Source: Candidatus Poribacteria bacterium
GTDB lineage: Bacteria; Poribacteria; WGA-4E; PCPOR2b
Length of the DNA stretch: 64,000 nt
Assembly: GCA_965208325.1 (NCBI GenBank)
Contig: OZ242326.1
Location: forward strand, 1,568,001-1,632,000
Direction: 5' to 3'
The first letter of the stretch is position 1. Every line of letters begins with the position of its first letter. Shown piece after piece: positions 61,154 through 64,000 of this stretch. The notes beneath the pieces were generated by a model, which did no database searches, was not told where the DNA came from, and saw only the letters and a list, made by a program, of their open reading frames with translations. The position numbers were made by a program, and so were the translations under genes.

Positions 61154-61885
61154 ATGAGCAAATCAAGCATACTAGTTTTTAGTGCGCATGCCGCCGACTT
61201 TTGCTCACGCAGCGGCGGGACAATAGCGCTGTACGTCCGCAGCGGTGCACAAGTTCACGTAATTGACTTGACCTTCGGTGAACGCGGGGAATCCGAAGAT
61301 TATTGGGCGCGAGTTCAGTCTAAATCAATGAGTCAGGCGAGGGAAACACGCACACAAGAAGCCGAAGAAGCCGCTTCTATTCTTGGGGCAAGTATCGAGT
61401 TTATGGATTACGGCGACTATCCTCTGATGATCGATAGAGCCCGCCTAGATTCGATGGCGAGGCTAATCCGGCAGCGGCGCCCGGACATTATATTGACTCA
61501 CTGGAAGATAGACCCTCACAACATAGACCATGAAGTAACGACAGCATCGGTCATACGTGCAGCTACAATGGCTGCCGCACCCGGTTTTGACCACGACGGC
61601 GAAACAGTTCATCCCTTTCCACATCTTTTTGGTTTTGAACCGTCGGTTCCGCGCGATGACATAACAGGCTTTGTACCGGACACCTACGTAGATATTACAG
61701 AGGTCTTCGAGACCAAAATCACCGCGCTACACGCTCTCCGATCGCAAACAAAGTTGGTCTCGCGGTACACACAATGGGCGGAATACCGAGGTGCGCAGGC
61801 AACACAGTGGAGTGGACAACAAATAAAATACGCGGAAGCCTTTAAACGGTACACAGCGTCCGTGGGAACTCGATTGCCGTGCTAA
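61154..61885 (+). CDS. PIG-L family protein, GalB (4-oxalomesaconate hydratase)-like
   Basis: SAHAADF..RSGG, TFGERGES, DPHNIDH, YAEAF. Confidence 0.7.
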   Translation: MSKSSILVFSAHAADFCSRSGGTIALYVRSGAQVHVIDLTFGERGESEDYWARVQSKSMSQARETRTQEAEEAASILGASIEFMDYGDYPLMIDRARLDSMARLIRQRRPDIILTHWKIDPHNIDHEVTTASVIRAATMAAAPGFDHDGETVHPFPHLFGFEPSVPRDDITGFVPDTYVDITEVFETKITALHALRSQTKLVSRYTQWAEYRGAQATQWSGQQIKYAEAFKRYTASVGTRLPC

Positions 61886-61921
61886 GGTCTAAATCATAAC
61901 GATTTGATACTCTCAGAGCGG

Positions 61922-63142
61922 TCATCGGTTGTAGAGATATTTGGGGGAGGTGTATTGCGGATGCGGGGGATCTTTACGCGACTGGATCGATTTTTGCCCA
62001 AATGCCGTTCTGATACAGATTGCAATGCCGATGACGCTGGCAATAATGAAGGTAAAATGCTTGATTGGAGGAATCCAAGTTGCCATCCAATAAATAACAT
62101 ATCCGGTTGTTACGGCAACAATTTTGGATCGCTTTGGAAAGATGGTTTTGCCAATGGAAAGAAAAATTGCGGTTTTGCCATAAATTGCCATCGGGAATAA
62201 AACAGACAAAGACAGCAGCACCAGTGGGATGCCGATAATCGAAAGTATTAACATCATACCGAGATAGGGAACAACGATTAACAAGATTAACGCAAGTAAC
62301 GTGCTTCCGATTGGGTGGTGGGAAATCGCGCGTGCCATGTTGTCCATTTGCCGCGGGAAGGTGGTAACGATTAGTACGTGAACGAGCGTAAGGGTCAGAA
62401 ACGTAAGCGCGCTCCAAAACCGCTTTTGTGTCGGCGTTCCCCACCATATTTCCTGTGGGTGCATCATTAATTCGATTGCAAGCAGCACATCTCTCCAGCT
62501 ATTTATTTCTTGATAGGCCTCCGCTGTCCAATCATTGTCCATCTTTCCAAGGATATTCCCCAAAACTACCGTTACCCTTCCCGGAATCTGCGCATGATCG
62601 TAGATTTCAAGCCTATCCGCTGCTTTTCTTATGATATACGTCTTCCTATTGTCTTCATCATTTATCATCCATTTGCTGCGTTTATTTGCGACCGACACGG
62701 TGACACTTTCAGAAAGTGAAAAACCGTTTTTCTTAAACGCTTGCCGAAAGTCCGCAAGGATGAGCCCATTTTCTAAATTCTTTCTTAACTGAGAATCCAC
62801 GCTGAACAGTAACGCACGATCTTGGAATTCGACATCTCCACTCAAGACGAATATGTTACCGTTCACCCGTCCCCGAATCTTTGCCGTACCTCCGATTAAA
62901 ACAATGCTATCCACAGTTTCTGTTGTACCGAGATCAAAATCTCCGAACCGCACAACCCGATTCCGATTAACGGTTTTAACGTTGGGTTCTAACGGCCTTG
63001 ATAGCGTTGCTCGTGCTAAAGTGTCATCCTTTGGCGAAGAGTCCGTCGAAGCAGAAGGATTGGTTTGGCTGGGGCTTACTTGAGGATTGAGGATTTGAAA
63101 GCACAACCACAAGGTTACGACTAAAAATTTAGTTTTCCTCAT
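61922..63142 (-). CDS. Membrane protein with N-terminal bactofilin-like beta-helix and C-terminal TM bundle
   Basis: IGGTAKIRGRVNGNIFVLSGDV repeats; SIIGIPL TM motif. Confidence 0.65.
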   Translation of the reverse strand: MRKTKFLVVTLWLCFQILNPQVSPSQTNPSASTDSSPKDDTLARATLSRPLEPNVKTVNRNRVVRFGDFDLGTTETVDSIVLIGGTAKIRGRVNGNIFVLSGDVEFQDRALLFSVDSQLRKNLENGLILADFRQAFKKNGFSLSESVTVSVANKRSKWMINDEDNRKTYIIRKAADRLEIYDHAQIPGRVTVVLGNILGKMDNDWTAEAYQEINSWRDVLLAIELMMHPQEIWWGTPTQKRFWSALTFLTLTLVHVLIVTTFPRQMDNMARAISHHPIGSTLLALILLIVVPYLGMMLILSIIGIPLVLLSLSVLFPMAIYGKTAIFLSIGKTIFPKRSKIVAVTTGYVIYWMATWIPPIKHFTFIIASVIGIAICIRTAFGQKSIQSRKDPPHPQYTSPKYLYNR

Positions 63143-63218
63143 TTGACAACCTGACGGGGGAATAGGAACCGGCGAAATACGTGCAAGTCATGGGGGTCTA
63201 TAGCTTGCTTCCGCTCTA

Positions 63219-63327
63219 TGTCCACATATTGTGTTAAATATTGTGACTAATCACAATATATTGCCAACGCCAAAGTGGCATACACTATATGTTGGGGCAT
63301 TATGAATTGAACAACTACATATTGAAT
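63219..63327. promoter_or_regulatory. Four phased NrdR-box-like operators
   Basis: Cores CCACATATTG (63222), CAATATATTG (63254), CTATATGTTG (63285), CTACATATTG (63315); spacing 32/31/30 bp. Confidence 0.6.
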
Positions 63328-63328
63328 T

Positions 63329-63357
63329 ATGATAAAGCAATTCAAGTCTTTTGTCAA
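63329..63357 (-). promoter_or_regulatory. Sigma-70-type promoter (leftward)
   Basis: TTGACA-17 bp-TATCAT on the minus strand. Confidence 0.65.
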
Positions 63358-63523
63358 GCATTTCCTTTGTGTTTTAGAGGATATAACATAAGTTGAAAAT
63401 GTTTGTAAATTAAAAATCTGAATTTCTACAAAATACCGGCGACTTACCGTATCATTTTTAATTATATTGGATAGCCAACGATTACTTCCGAGTATGCAAA
63501 TTAACCGTTCAACTTTTGAAAAA

Positions 63524-63552
63524 TTGACACTAAATCGAAAGTCTGTTACTAT
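63524..63552 (+). promoter_or_regulatory. Sigma-70-type promoter (rightward)
   Basis: TTGACA-17 bp-TACTAT. Confidence 0.65.
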
Positions 63553-63599
63553 TTCACCGTCAACACAGTCAGACTAAACTCGAAAAGGCAGCAATGTAA

Positions 63600-64000
63600 A
63601 TGAATGCCCAGCGCGCCGCAAACGACATTATTGATTTTATACGCCAGCACATCCTCCGTCACGCCACCAAACCGGCAGAAAGACAGACCACTGAAAACAT
63701 TTGGGCGCTCCGCAGCCATCTACACGCGCTTCACCACTACTTCATGCGATCCAGTCTTCCGACAGATTTACCTGCACACGTCGAGGCAATGCTTGCGACT
63801 AGTTCGGGGTTTTGGAAGCTGCTTTCCGATAATGAAGTCACCTTGATGAATCTCAAAGATTATTCGAACGTCCGAACGCTCTCTGCTGAAGCTGAGGGAC
63901 TGGTCAACCTCGAAGAGCTAATTTCGGGAGAAGACACGCTGCGCGATGTAATCATTAACGGTATTGCATTCATGCTAAACTGGAAATCTAACACGCTTTG
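63600..64000 (+). CDS. Hypothetical protein, runs off window end (absent from ORF track)
   Basis: Open frame MNAQRAANDIIDFIRQHILRH...MLNWKSNTL with no stop; promoter upstream. Confidence 0.65.
   Translation, partial: MNAQRAANDIIDFIRQHILRHATKPAERQTTENIWALRSHLHALHHYFMRSSLPTDLPAHVEAMLATSSGFWKLLSDNEVTLMNLKDYSNVRTLSAEAEGLVNLEELISGEDTLRDVIINGIAFMLNWKSNTL

Noticed and set aside
63604..63846. 80-aa ORF from the track
   Set aside because: It is out of frame with the longer open frame starting at ATG 63600 that runs off the window.

Overview
Bacterial chromosomal window. It probably comes from Candidatus Poribacteria or a relative, inferred from a lineage-typical C-terminal motif (SVEPQSKMLTSWGHLK), the many sugar isomerase/oxidoreductase paralogues and dense intergenic REP-like repeats. 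Two housekeeping/metabolic arms (1-13.7 kb and 33.7-64 kb) flank a ~20 kb defence island (about 13.8-33.6 kb) whose genes all lie on the minus strand. In transcription order the island holds: an Ssp-like DNA phosphorothioation module (DUF4007 sspB, split by a 1-bp frameshift; sspC-like ATPase; three inserted genes; sspD-like PAPS-reductase-family gene); an SBD-HNH phosphorothioate-reading nuclease; a closely spaced four-gene operon (Cas4/AddB-like Fe-S nuclease, long prokaryotic Argonaute with an intact DEDD tetrad but a non-canonical MID pocket, a 150-aa helical protein, an HExxH gluzincin-like metalloprotease); an XRE-ImmA/IrrE regulator with an antitoxin-like tail coupled to a degenerate PemK/MazF; an orphan gene; and a repeat-bracketed hicBA. 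The best candidate for an undescribed system is the Argonaute operon with a protease-like effector. Other notable signals are four phased NrdR-type boxes downstream of a consensus promoter facing a non-RNR gene, a ThDP enzyme lacking its catalytic motifs, and a 219-bp tandem array. I recognised no tRNA, rRNA, CRISPR array, integrase or transposase. All family assignments come from motif recognition by eye, not from database searches.
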